This document shows positions 1 through 12,296 of a stretch of DNA of 64,000 nt, piece after piece. Made by a program: the position numbers and the translations under genes. How positions within the stretch are numbered: position 1 is the first letter of the stretch; the number at the start of each line of letters is the position of its first letter. Origin of the DNA: Stegostoma tigrinum (taxonomy: Eukaryota); contig NC_081383.1 in NCBI RefSeq assembly GCF_030684315.1, positions 11,040,761 through 11,104,760 on the forward strand, in the 5' to 3' direction. The notes beneath the pieces are model-generated. The model saw nothing but the letters and a program-made list of their open reading frames with translations. It was not told where the DNA came from and made no database searches.

Positions 1-1004
1 CATCAGGTCAAGCAGCATCAGAAATAATTAATGTTTCACATTGAATACATTTGACCTTTATATGTGTCTATATTTGACCATTTATCACTTCCTTTTGCAT
101 TGCATCATTATCATCATGTTTGGTATTTAATCATTCCTGGCCTCCAACCACTTTGTTCCTATTTCAGACAACAGACTTGATTTGAATCTTTTCATCTCTA
201 ACAACTTGCATTTCCGAAGAAAGGTCATTGCTTTGAAACTGTAACCGTTCATCTCTCCACAGGTTCTGCCTGATGGGTGTTCTCAGCATTTTCTCTTTTT
301 AATTCCACTGGTGACACTGGCTGGGCCAACTAACTGCTATATTTAAATGGCCTGGTTTAAAATCTATATCTGTACAACAATATCAAGAGAACTTAAAAAA
401 ATCATGAATTTATTCATCTTTAGTCAACTCTTCTTTATGCATTGTCAGTAATCCTCAATGAGTTTTACGGAAACAATATAAATTCCTAATTAATATAGAA
501 GTTAAATAAATATTCACACTTAATCAAACAGACATTATTGATTGTGTTAACACTAAAATCGATGACATAAATTCTCTGTATTGACCTGCACAGTGATTGG
601 TATTAATACCTAAAAGGGGTTTGGTTGGGTCAGCTGACTGGGCAGCTGGTTTGCAATGCAAAGTTATGCAGTGTTGGGTCACATTTGCATTGGCTGAGGT
701 TATCATGAAGGACTCTTCTTCATAAGGTCTCCCTTCATCTGAAGCATGGTGACCCTCAGGTTAAACCACCACCAGTTGTCTCATTCCAATGTTGGAGCAG
801 CTCAATGAAAATTTTACCTATTAACCCATTAAGGACTGGGAATTAAGGATCTTGGAAGCACTTGGCAGATGTCATTAAAACAATGGATAGAAAATTAGCT
901 AACTAATAGAAGTCACAAACAAAAATTGCTAGAAAAGCTCAGTACCTGTAGAAAGAAATCAGAGTTAATGTTTCAAGTCCAATGACCCTTCCTTCTGACG
1001 AGGC

Positions 1005-1535
1005 ATTAGTCAGTCTAAAGCTGGAATACTGTAATCAGTTTTGGACCGCATATCCAAGGAAAGATATACTGTACTGACATTGGAAGCAGTCCACACAAGG
1101 TTGACTGTCTTATGAGGAGAGGTTGAGTACATTGGGGCTGTACTCATTTGACTTTAGAATAAAAAGAGGCATCTTCATTGAAACATACAAGATTCTAAGA
1201 GACCTCTGACAGGATGAATGCCAAAATGGTGCTTCTCCTTATGGGAATTTATGACCAGAGGGCATAACTTCAGAATTGAGGCCACATATTTAAGACACAA
1301 TAGGAATTTATTCTCTCAAAAGTTAGCAAATCTGTGGAGCTTCTTTTACCGCAGTGCTAGCTCATTAAGTATATCAAAGCCTGAACAGTAAGGTTTCTAA
1401 ACAGTAAGGAAATCAAGGGGTTATCAGGAAAAGGCACGGAAGTGGAGTTGTTGATGATCAGATTAGCCGTGGTGTCATCAAATAGCACAGCAGATTTGAT
1501 GAGTTGAATGGCCTATTTCTGTTCCTGCATCTTAT
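1005..1535 (+). mobile_element. CR1/HER1-like LINE 3' fragment
   Basis: Degenerate ORF2 C-terminus (ctggaatactg..cagttttgg, tatgaggagaggttgag) and the typical 3' UTR tail gaatggccta..tctgttcct. Confidence 0.75.
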
Positions 1536-3699
1536 TTATATTCTTCAAGGTTCATAATTACAGCTTGTCTTCATATACAATAATTAAGAATAAACATTGC
1601 TCAGTTTACCAAAAATCTATCTACTTAGGATTTACAAATCTCATGCCTTAAATGCTTCTTCAATTGTGACGATGTAGATTATTAAAATAAAGTCATTCAT
1701 GAGATGTATTTTTAGTCTTCTTTTAACTTGGCACATGAAACTGTTCCCATTCACTTCACTGTGGTATATGCAGAAGTATCTGTGTTGGAAGGTGAATTGT
1801 CAATAACACTGACAGCGTCTTTTATTTCCAGTCATTCAAATGATTTTTCCTCTACTTCCTTCCGAGCATGTTAACTCAGATTGATCAAGATACCAAAATG
1901 GTTTGGAAAGAAGATAATGATCTGGATTTTTTGTCTTCTCTCCTTCACTTTTGTATCGATGCTGTACTTTTCTGCGCAATGTCTTGGGAACACTTAATAT
2001 ATTAAAAGGACAAGTTTACAAATGCAAGTTGTTGTTACTGATAGGACTTATAGTCTTAAGCTGTAACAACATATGCTACAAAGACCTCTGAGTGATGCAC
2101 TGAATTGAATTCAAGTCTGTTTGTTCTCTACACCTTTATTAATCCTTAACCCAAAAACCAGTATATTCCAAAGTTTAAAAAAAAGCAGTTCAGTTGCCAC
2201 TGTACTCAGCAGTTGGCAACCAAAAATTGAGACCTGTTGGCAACAATTAACTCAGGTCTAAGCCTAGGAGGTTTGTATTTAAGTAATGAAGAATCCAAGA
2301 GAAACTGACTGTAGCTGTAAGTTCCAAAGTTTTATTGAAAAAATCAAATGTTACAAAAATCAAATAAAAAGTAATTTTAGCAAATAAGATTAATTTCTCT
2401 GAATATAATGAAATTAAGAAATTGTTTTTTGTTGAAGTCTTTTTTTTGAAGTATACTTATTCAGCTTCTGACTTTCTCTTGTCACTCTTCACTTAATCCT
2501 TGGATGTAGAAGTGGCACAGGCAATATGGTGGTGGTGGATGAAGAGAAGTATTAGACAAAGGATTTATTTAAGTCTTTAGCCACAGCACAAAATGGAACG
2601 CCCAAAAACTGGCAAATGAGACAAAGCATTAACAATTTAATTTAATGTGTTATTTGAGTGAATTGACTGCAATTCAGTGAGACTGAACCTTTGACTGCAT
2701 TCAACTTTTGGGGTAAAAACCCCAGCTTTGCAGTATCCCCATGGTTCACAAACTGTGGGTGGGGTGTCCCCCAAATCAACCTCTCCCAGAGTGTATCAGA
2801 GCATCAGATGCCAACAGCTAGGGACTTAGAGAATTTGACCTCTGGCTGTGGACAGAATTCCAGAGTCCTCTGGGGACTCAATCCCATTTAATAATTGCTC
2901 CTGGAAGTGAAGTCAGGGACAGCTCAGCATTGTACATTTAAAACACTAAGTATGTCACCTACTGCAAGTGATTAAGGTGCAGTGCTAGTGAGGCAGGTTT
3001 AATACTGCAGTCAGTACTATCTACTTCTACATGCAGTTCTGCTTAAAAGGCACAATTAAGGTGCTGCTCTGAAATCATTATAAGATTACTTACCTTACCG
3101 TCAGTTGGAGAATACAGGTCGTCAGCGGTATCTCCAAGGTTTGGGAGCATTTTGGGTTGAATATCCTTTGATATTGGGGGCTCCTGTAATTAGGACCTCT
3201 GTTGCCTTCCTCATTGCAAACATGGAAAATCATTAGTATCATTCCAGGAGGCCACTGAGCAAAAGCGAATTTAGGTGTCTCTCTCCCTCCATTCAATATT
3301 GCTTTAGACACAGAGGAGTTGAAAATAATGTACAAAATAAATAAGTTACCCAATTCTGTAAGTGTTTTTCCAAGCTTTTTATTCTGTGCCTCAAGCACTT
3401 CCACCCACTGGCACTGGCTGCCCTCTCTTTTTTCAGTCTCTCAATGTTTTAATGTAGTTTTGAGATCTTTTTATCCCTCTTCTGAAGTGGTGTTTGGGTG
3501 AAGGATATGGGGAAGTTCAGGTACTTGCTACACCCTGGAGAATTTTGCTTCTTCTTCCTGTTCCTGCGAACAAGAAGCTGGGTCATCCATTCCTCACTGT
3601 CCCTTTTCAACATAATTTCACTCATAATATTGGTGGGCCGGGCGTCTTGGGCTGCCTTGAGTTGGACCAAACTTTACTTTTGGAGAAGTAAGCATTTAG

Positions 3700-4300
3700 G
3701 AAATGTGAAGTCACAGCTAACAGAAGCCCTTAATATGTGTCCAAGACCATGTGCAAATACAAACAGACCTTGGCAAAATTTTCCTGGGCTGCAGTATTTC
3801 AGTTATTAAGAAAGACTAGACAAGCTGGGGTTGTTTTCCTTGGAGCAGAGAAGGCCGACGGAGGACCTGATTGAGATGTACAGCATTATAAGGGACACGG
3901 ACAAGGTAGATAGAAAGCAGCTGTTCATTGTAGTTGAAGGGTCAAGGGAGTATAGATTTAGGATAAAGAGCAAGAGGCTTAGAGGGGATTTGTTCATAGG
4001 GTCCTTGAGTTTACAGCCCAAAAAATACACCCTTGTTCCCAGAGTCTGTGCCAGTCAGGAAGTTAAAATTGTTTGCACCTAGAGGGTGGTGGGTATTTGT
4101 AACTGACTACTTGAAAGGGCAGTAGAGTTATGAATCATCATGACATTTTTAAGTATATAGGTGATCACTTGATGCACCACAGCATACAATTTATAGGCTC
4201 TGTGCTAGAAAATGGGACTAGAGTAGATGGGTGCTTGATGATTGGTGCAGACAATGATATGCCAAAAGGCCTCTCCTTGTGTTGTAAAACTCTGACTTAA
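3700..4300 (+). mobile_element. CR1/HER1-like LINE 3' fragment
   Basis: LFSLEQRRPTEDLIEMYSII (CR1 ORF2 C-terminal motif) plus 3' tail. Confidence 0.8.
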
Positions 4301-5899
4301 ATGAAAAGGTATTATTAATTTGCATTTATGAGTGCCCCCTTTCTCTTTCATCACCTATGCAAATGAATATAGTCGCTGCTGATATCTCAAAAGTGGTGTC
4401 CTTAACCATTGGGACCTTGTTTTGTATGTCACTATGCAACTGACTATCCCCTATCTCTTTGGCAGAGAAGGAAATTAAATTTAGTTTTATAGAATCCATT
4501 TTAGATTCACCATCGAATTACTCAAGGATCAAAGTTCCAGGCAAATATACTACATGCTTTTAATACAAGAATAAACATTACTAGTTCAAGCAGCGAGGGA
4601 ACAGATTTTTGACGTCCCTTGCAATGTCAACAATTCAGAGGATCTTGTCCATAAGGAATGTCATTTAGGCAAACTCATATGCAGCTATGATTGAAGCACA
4701 AAAGAGGCAAAGAGCAATCTAATTTGTCTTATTAAAGACATTCTAGAAAAAAATTAACCTCTAATTTGTCCAATAACAAAGGAAAAATTATTTTCTAATT
4801 TCAGTCACAGTATTTGAAGGAATCTTGAAAATCATTTGAAGCACTTGTCAATTTGTATCTTTTAAATCACTCTCTCAGCCCCTTTCTCTACATTTTTCTT
4901 TGAATTTCTGCAAACTAAATACAAATAAATAAGTGCATTGCCTGTTCAATGATTTCACTTCCAGCATAGATTGTTCTTTGGTGACACTGCTTGCTTGCTC
5001 GCTCGCTTTCTCTCTCTCTCCCCCCTCAGCAGCAGCCATGTACTCCCGAAAGTTCACTCCAAACTGGAGATTTGCAAGGAACCAGCACATTCTTGTTCCT
5101 GGGCCTCAGACTTTCAACTCTTTTGTGGCTGCAATGATTCGTGACTTGACTGAGGTTGCTCCAAAGGGGCCCAGGGCCATCACTCAAAACATTCCTGATA
5201 ATAATCCTAAAACTGTCTTCTGTCAGTTGCCTTATCTTTATTCACTTAGATATGCAGCATCATCCTGGGGTCTAAACCAAATGAATAACAACAAAATACA
5301 TTTATTTTACACATTTAATTTGTCTTGTTCATTTGAGGCTGCTGTACTTGTAATGAACAACATGGTAATAAAACATCTTCTCGTTGCTCCACAATGACAT
5401 CAAACAAAATTTCACTTGCAATCACATAAGATATCAGGACAGATGAAGAAGGGTCTCAAGCCAAAACATCAATTTTCCTGCTCCTCTCATGCTGCCTGGC
5501 TTGCTGTGTTCCTTCAGCTCCACACTGTACTATCTCTGAGGACAGATAACTAAACGTTTTTTAAAATTATGTAGGTTTACAGAGCACCTGAAGGAAGGAG
5601 AGTTTAGAGAAATTCAAAGAGAGAATTTCTAAGTTGAGGTAATTCTCCCTACCCAGTGTTCAGGACTATGTTGCCTGAAAAGGAGCTGGAAGCAAATTCA
5701 ACAGGCAAGTTTCAAAAGGGGAACAAAAACCAAAGGTGAATTAATGGAGACACCATGGCCTGAATGGCCACCTGAATTCTTTAATTGCCAATTAGGGTCA
5801 CACAATAAAGATTCAAGCTGGGGCAGGCAAATTAACAACAAACTAAGTGAAATAAAAATAGGAAAATGACAATTAAATCATTAGGTTGGAATCTCAGAT

Positions 5900-6200
5900 T
5901 GGACAGCAAATTTTTGTGGCAGCTTCTGGAAGAGATATAAAACCTCCATCCTGTTTGCCCTCTCAGCGGGATATAAAGATTCCATGGCAAGAATTTGAAA
6001 ATAAGCAGGGGAGTTCTCTTTGCTATTGTTGGCCAATATTTAACCTTCAAATAATAGATAAAAGCTTATCTCATTGTTATTGTTTGTGGGAGTTTAGTGT
6101 TTGTACCACAATTTTCATATTACAATGACTACACTTCAGAGATACTTCATTGGCTCTAAAGACAATTTGGAACATTTAAAATTGTGAAAGGTGCTATTTC
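5900..6200 (+). mobile_element. Old DeuSINE-like (SacSINE1/AmnSINE1-type) remnant
   Basis: ggggagttctc...ggccaatattta...tgtttgtgggag...ttacaa..gactacacttca...gtgaaaggtgctat core. Related - strand copies at ~39480-39800, 55820-56020 and 59450-59830. Confidence 0.6.
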
Positions 6201-7099
6201 TTTTTCTTCTTTTAGGTGTGGTTATGTGTTTATATATTGTGATGCTGGAAAATGTGCAATGAGTGTTAGCACATTTCAACTACCACACTGGCTAGTTTTC
6301 AGTTTGCTACTTAGGCAAATTCTTAGCACACCACCCTCGAAGGGGCAAATCTAGCCTGATGTTTCATTCCAATGAAGGCAGGAGAAAAACAGCTTGTTTC
6401 CCCCTTTGATAGCTGCGCTTGCCCAAGAACCAAGCATCTGCCGATTTACAGAACTTTCACTCCGTAATTAGAGTAAGCTTGGCTGTGTGCAAATTGATTG
6501 CTATATTTCCTTAATTAGGTGAAGGAGTTTGAAGAATACTTCATTAGTAAGGGGTTAAATTCCAGCAGTCACCTTTTGCAAGGTAAGGATCTGGAAGTTT
6601 AGAAGGAAAATGTTTTCAGCCAGAGAATGGTGGGTATCAGGATCTCACTGCTTAAAAAGGGTAGATGTGGGAACCCTCCGGGCGTTTTAGACACGTAAAA
6701 CGTGCAGTTGAAACACCATGGGCCAACTGCTGGAAAAAATGGAACAAAAATAGATGTGTTTGACTACTGTTACGGACAGGATGGGCTCAAGGTCATTTTT
6801 CGGTGCAATAAAACTCTAGGACTCCATAAAGTGTTTTGAGACTGCAGTGGTTGTAAAAGGTACAATGCAAAGTTTTATTTTTTGCTAGGCTTGTGGCACT
6901 GCAAGGTTTTGTACCTCACAACAATTTCTACATTACACTGACTACGGGGCAGGGAATAAATATTTCTAGACAGGCAGAGATTGCGGAGGGCGCTACATAA
7001 ATGCAAGTCGGTCTTCATCGTTGGGGAGGGGAAAACCAAAACAAATCACGGGGGCGACTCAGCAGGATTTATGAAGAGGAAGGTTGCCTCCAGAATTTT

Positions 7100-8160
7100 C
7101 CACACAATTTGTTTTCTTGTTCTAATTTCCAGCGTTCGCAGTTGCGTGAGGCTTCTCCCCCGCCCCGTTTTCGGGGATGGTTTGCCGTATGCGAATAGGG
7201 CGTCACCTACCTAACCGGCAACCACAATTCAAATTTCGGCAGAAAAGAATAATACAAAACGCGCATTGCCGACGAATTTGACGTTTCCTTCTCCTCCTCC
7301 TCCCAGTAAAAAGAAGTCCAAGCATGGCGGCTGCGGCAAAGGGAAACTACAACTCCCAGCGGACGACGCGGCCCGGTCCCGCCACACGGAGGGTCCCGGA
7401 TGGCGGGTTGCCATGGAGACGCTCTGACGTGCAGTGCGGGAGACCCCGTAGCGCTGCGGTTGTTGCGCAGTTTCAGCGTCGGTTGGGATTTTTTCCCCCC
7501 TTTTCCCCTCCCCCACCATCATTGCCGCTCTCGCTCGCTCTGTTTGTCCCTCTCAGTGTCGGTGAAGCGCAGGCGCCGAAGCAGCCGCCGGCGGTGCTGC
7601 TGCTGGAGGTGGAGGAGGAGGTGGTGGTGGTGGGGGTAGGAGGAAGGAAAAATAAAGTGAAAAGCGGAGCGCTAATCGATCCGAGCCGCTCGGTGACCGG
7701 ACCCGTTAGCTCCGGCGGAAAGGGGAGGGGAGAGAAAAAAGACATACAGACCGGCACAAAGAGAGATCCAGTGAAAATCGGAGAAAACGGCCGACCAACA
7801 CCGAGAAACCGCCTTGCCGTCGAGCCGCGCCGACAGCCCCGTTTCCTCCCCACCCGCCGCCATGAACAACCAGGGCGGCGACGAGATCGGGTAAGAGGCC
7901 GGAGAGTAGGCCCCGCAGCCTTAGCTTGAGTTTGGAGACCAAAGTTTTTCCCTTCAACGCGTGCGCGGGCAGCCGTTGAGGTTGATGGCGACGACTAGCC
8001 GCCGGAGTTTAATTTAACGTTTTCTTTTTTTCAAAAAAAGTCGTGTATTTATTTTTGTTTTCCCCGCCTCCCCGTTAATGACAAGGAAAGAAAACTTAAA
8101 AGGGACCCGGGAACAGAGGAGTACGGTAATGGCGCCTGGTGAAGGTCAATGTCCAGGCGG
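7100..8160. promoter_or_regulatory. DAZAP1: CpG island / DAZAP1 promoter and 5' UTR
   Basis: Abrupt rise in GC and CpG against an AT-rich, CpG-poor background. Contains a YY1-like ATGGCGGC (~7324), a ZNF143/THAP11-type ACTACAACTCCCAGC (7346-7360), an RFX X-box-like GTTGCCATGGAGAC (7407-7420) and a CRE half-site TGACGT (7425-7430). Confidence 0.85.
7862..7890 (+). CDS. DAZAP1: DAZ-associated protein 1, coding exon 1 (MNNQGGDEIG)
   Basis: CCGCCATG Kozak context, 29 nt, donor GTAAGA at 7891. Matches the vertebrate DAZAP1 N-terminus (human MNNSGADEIG). Confidence 0.95.
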
Positions 8161-8614
8161 GAGAAAGGTTTTTTTATTTTCCTTTCACCGTCTGAGTTTA
8201 ACCTGGCCTCAGTTCGTCCGTTTGATTTTTTTTTCTTCTCCCCGAGTGTTTCCTTTACCTCACACCAAGTTTTAAGTCCCTTTTTCCTCCTTGGTGCTCA
8301 TTTGTTTCGCTCTTTATTTAAAGCACGCTGACGGTGGGGGGTGGAGGGTTGGATGTGAGGGTAGGGAGGAAGAAGAATGGTGAGGGGACACAAGTCCAAA
8401 TCCTCGGCACGTGTAACCCAAACACACGACAGATCTTATGGTAAAATCCCGTTACTATCTCTAGGCTCTTTTTTTCTCCTCTTTAGAAGCGCCAGTTTAG
8501 CAGCGATTTCTTTTTTTTTGCAGAACTAGGAAATGCTACCTCACCACGTGCTATACCATGTGGCTGTTATCAGGGCCGAAGGAGTGTCATTGCTCCCAAA
8601 ATGTTATTTAAGAA

Positions 8615-8900
8615 AAATCCAAAGGACTGCGGTAGCTGCAAATCAAACAAAAACCGAAGTTGCTGGAAAAGCTCAGCAGGCCTGGCAACATCTTTTGAAG
8701 AGAAATCAAAAGTTAACGTGTCGGGTTACCATCCGTTCTGAGGAACGATCAACGGTCCGGAAACGTTAACTTTTGATTTCTCTTCACAGACGGTGCCAGG
8801 CCTGCTGGGCTTTTCCGCCAATTATGGCCTTGGCATCCAAAATGTTAACTCTTATTTTCTCCTTGCGGATGCTGAGTTTTTCCAGCGTTTGCAGTTTTTT
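8615..8900. mobile_element. Penelope-derived hairpin element with degenerate hammerhead core
   Basis: Inverted arms (gctggaaaagctcagcaggcctggca... / ...tgccaggcctgctgggcttttcc) around CTGAGGA...GAAACGTTA. Confidence 0.7.
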
Positions 8901-9479
8901 TGAATGTTATTAGTCATTTTCGCCGACCATGCCCAGGGATGGAAAAAGAAAGTTCAACTCGAAAAGAAAGTGTTAAACTTGCGTGTGTCGTAATAAAACC
9001 GAACATGTGCTATTCCTATCAGCCTGCCCATTAAGACTTGTACTAGTTGATGTTTGCTGGTATTTGTCGGGGATCTGGTAATGTCTTCAGGAATTTAAGA
9101 TGCAAACAATTTAAAGGCATGCACTCTTTCTGCCCCCCCCCCCCGCAATAAGGTTATTTTGTCTCCAAATCAATGCAAAATTAACTTTGACCTGTTCGAA
9201 AGTGGCCTTTCATTCTGCTACATGTGCTGCCCAAAATGAATGATTAATATGGTCTCTATAATTATTCCACACGTTTTCAGGAGTACGAATTTGAGAATGC
9301 AAGCAGCACTTTCTCAGCTGGTCTCTTTTTTTAGAAGAAGAAAGAGAAAAATAGACTGGTACACAGATCTAGTGTCCTCCAACTTTTGTGTTGGTGCCTC
9401 CTTTCCGGCATTGTGAGGAAGTGGATTTTGTCGTAAATAGACATGTTGAAGAGATGCAGGAACTGGGGTATACACAAGT

Positions 9480-9748
9480 GGAATCCCCACAATGCATATA
9501 GAAGTTGTTGGGCCCATTGCGTCTGCTCTGATCCTCTGAGGAGCATCCCTTCCTGTACATGTATTCCTGCATTTACCATAGCTAGTCTGCATGTTCTAGT
9601 ACTCTGCAGGGCAATTTATCATGGCCACTCAACTTAACCTGCATATCTTTTGAACTGTGGGAGGTAACTGGAACACTCAGCAAGAGGCTGGAATTGAGTC
9701 CTTGCCCCTGGTGCTATGAGGCAGCATTGCTAACCATTGTGCCACCCT
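9480..9748 (-). mobile_element. HE1-type tRNA-derived SINE, degenerate
   Basis: Reverse complement starts gggtggcacaatggttagcaatgctgcctca, same family as 48595-48955. Confidence 0.75.
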
Positions 9749-11449
9749 ACACAAGTTAACCAAAGGAAAATAATGTGGATCCTTAACAAAATATTTCAAG
9801 GTGATTCTGGAGAGAAACAAAATGAATGTTTCATTCCAGTGAACCTTATAGCATTGGTAAAAGTTTGAGGTGGGTCAGATTTCAGGCAAGGAAATGGAGG
9901 AAAGAACTAATGGGGTGGAAAACAGGGCTTTAAATGACAAAAGTGATTGTGAGAGGCAAAATAGTCTATAGACACCTCTTTTCTGTGACACAAACTTCAC
10001 TACACAAGTAGCTATTAAAGTTGCACTTGTTGCAAAAGTAAATATATAATCTTGATTAGATATCCCACTAATAGATATTGCTCACTGATTTTTTGAAGAA
10101 GGCGGTATGCGGATTGGTGGCAGTGTGATAATCATGGTGCCAACTACAAGTACTACGTGCTGTAAGAAAGTTGCATTTATGTAGCATCTCAAATTTACTG
10201 TCACAAGGTACTTAATCAACATTAATACTACATCTTGTAAGGTGAAAGTAGCAGATTGTTCAGAGTCAGATGTTGAGTATCTTAAAGATGTGTTAAGAAA
10301 TAGATTTAGGAACTTAAAAAGTCTTGACTACTGGGTGAGGCAGTTAAAGTTGGGTAATGTTGAAAATGTCAGAAGCATCAACACCTGAGGATTGAGGAGT
10401 TAGATTAAAAGGGGTGGCCCAAGCTAATGAAGGGATTGAAAGCACAGAGAATTTTTAAATGCACTGTGTTCGTTCATGAGTGCTATTACTAGCAAGCATG
10501 GATGATTGCAACCTGCATGTTAAGATAGAGGGAGGAGAGTTTTAGGTGGAGTTTATAGAGAGGCAAATGTGTGAAGTCAACCAAAACTGCCTTTGGAGTA
10601 GAGGCTGTAAAGGCATGAATGAAGGTTCAGCGTTAGATGCTTATCTCACTGTCACATGGCAGCAGTACTGGCTATGGAAGAGAGTTTGAGACAATGGTCT
10701 TTAGATGCCTGTAGGTTTGAAAAGTTTGAAAGACTGAAATTCTGGCACTATTGATGGATTTGAATACAAGATTAAGAACAGTAAATTGACTTTTATGGAT
10801 CATTGGGCGATAGGATATGTATAAAGAAAAACTAGTCTGGTGTTTGGCACCCTTGTGCTTTTTGGACAAGATGCTGAACCAAGGCCCCAATACCTGAGTA
10901 TTCAGGGCTAAAAGAACCAGTGGGACCCACCAAGGAAAGGAAAGGTTTAAAAGTTCTTCCTGTCTGTTGGCTCGTGCTATCTCTCGGTAAGTCTGCAGAA
11001 GTGGATTGTGATCTGTGGTTGTGTTGCTTTGCAGTCGAGCATTTAATTCATTTCCTTCTGTACAATCGGTAATTTAGTAATTTATGATGGAAATAACTAA
11101 CGGTAGCGATATTTAAGTATTATTTCTGTGTGAGACAACTAAGGTAATTTGAATGTCATCTGGAATAAAATTATGGTTTGTATTTAAGAATTTCATTGAA
11201 AATCTAATCTCTGGACTAATGTGAATTGATAAATCAATCCACAGGCTGAAACTGATGGGCACTTAAAGCGTGTTGGCGTTGTACAAAACTAAAATAAAAG
11301 TAAGGAGGTGTGAAGTGTTCGTCTTGAATCCAATACCAAATTTAACAGTGCAAACTTATGAAATCCTATTATATATAATTTCTTGATGAATATTTTAGAG
11401 GATAACATTGCTTCAGGAAAATGCTAATTCTACAGTTTTATATTTTCAG

Positions 11450-11490
11450 GAAGCTGTTTGTGGGTGGTCTTGACTGGAACACTACACAGG
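11450..11490 (+). CDS. DAZAP1: DAZAP1 exon 2 (KLFVGGLDWNTTQ; RRM1 RNP2)
   Basis: ttttcag acceptor, GTAGGT donor, 41 nt, phase compatible with exons 1 and 3. Confidence 0.96.
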
Positions 11491-11951
11491 GTAGGTTATG
11501 TGCTCTTTTATTAACATTACAGTTTGGTTAGCAATTGAAAGATGACTTTTAACCTTTTGGTTTGGTCTTGATAGAGTGCATCTTTGATTCTTTTATCAAG
11601 GAAACCTCTTCTGTTAGTAAAGTCTCCAAGCTGTAAGTAAGTTAAGTAACATCATTGGATGTTTTGAATGAATAATTTCCAATTTAGGTTTTCTGTCAAT
11701 ACATATCTATGGGTCGCAATGTCTGGGCTATTGCTTATAAATTTCAAGCAACTGCATAGCTTATTCAAATCCTTGATTTCCAGTTTTTGAATATTAGAAT
11801 TTGAGGATTTGAACTGAGCAACTTGAAAACAAATACCCAGTTATTCTGTTCAAGCACATCAGTTTGTAGGTTGGGAACCAATTTAGTGGCTGTGATAGCT
11901 ATTAAAAGTGGAAAACGATGGATTTGTCGATAATTTTTAATATTTTAACAG

Positions 11952-12118
11952 AGACGCTCCGTGACTACTTCTCTCAATATGGTGAGGTGGTAGATTGTGT
12001 AATCATGAAAGACAAGATGACAAATCAGTCTCGAGGTTTTGGATTTGTGAAGTTCAAGGATCCAAACTGTGTGGCCACAGTACTAGCCAGCAGACCTCAT
12101 AACCTTGATGGTAGAACG
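11952..12118 (+). CDS. DAZAP1: DAZAP1 exon 3 (ETLRDYFSQYGEVVDCVIMKDKMTNQSRGFGFVKF...LDGRT; RRM1 RNP1)
   Basis: acag acceptor, GTGAGT donor, 167 nt, RGFGFV RNP1 motif. Confidence 0.97.
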
Positions 12119-12296
12119 GTGAGTTTCCAATTGATTTTTCTCAAACAGTTTAAATAGTTATTTCTAAGTTTTCTGATCCTTGAACCATCTACAAACAATT
12201 AAAAGAACAATTTAAAAATCAGTTTGATATTACAGTTCTTCAGCTATTAATCATGTTCCTGCAAGTTATTTGTGTATACGGTTTTGGAGTAGATCT

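Noticed and set aside
1-7000. GAMT expected head-to-head with DAZAP1 from human synteny
   Set aside because: No GAMT-like peptide (e.g. GKPVMERWETPYM) was found. It may lie outside the window.
7324-7929. 201-aa ORF (and overlapping ORFs on both strands) across the DAZAP1 promoter
   Set aside because: A by-product of GC-rich, stop-poor CpG-island sequence. It is low-complexity, out of frame with the DAZAP1 ATG, probably starts upstream of the TSS and runs through the exon 1 donor.
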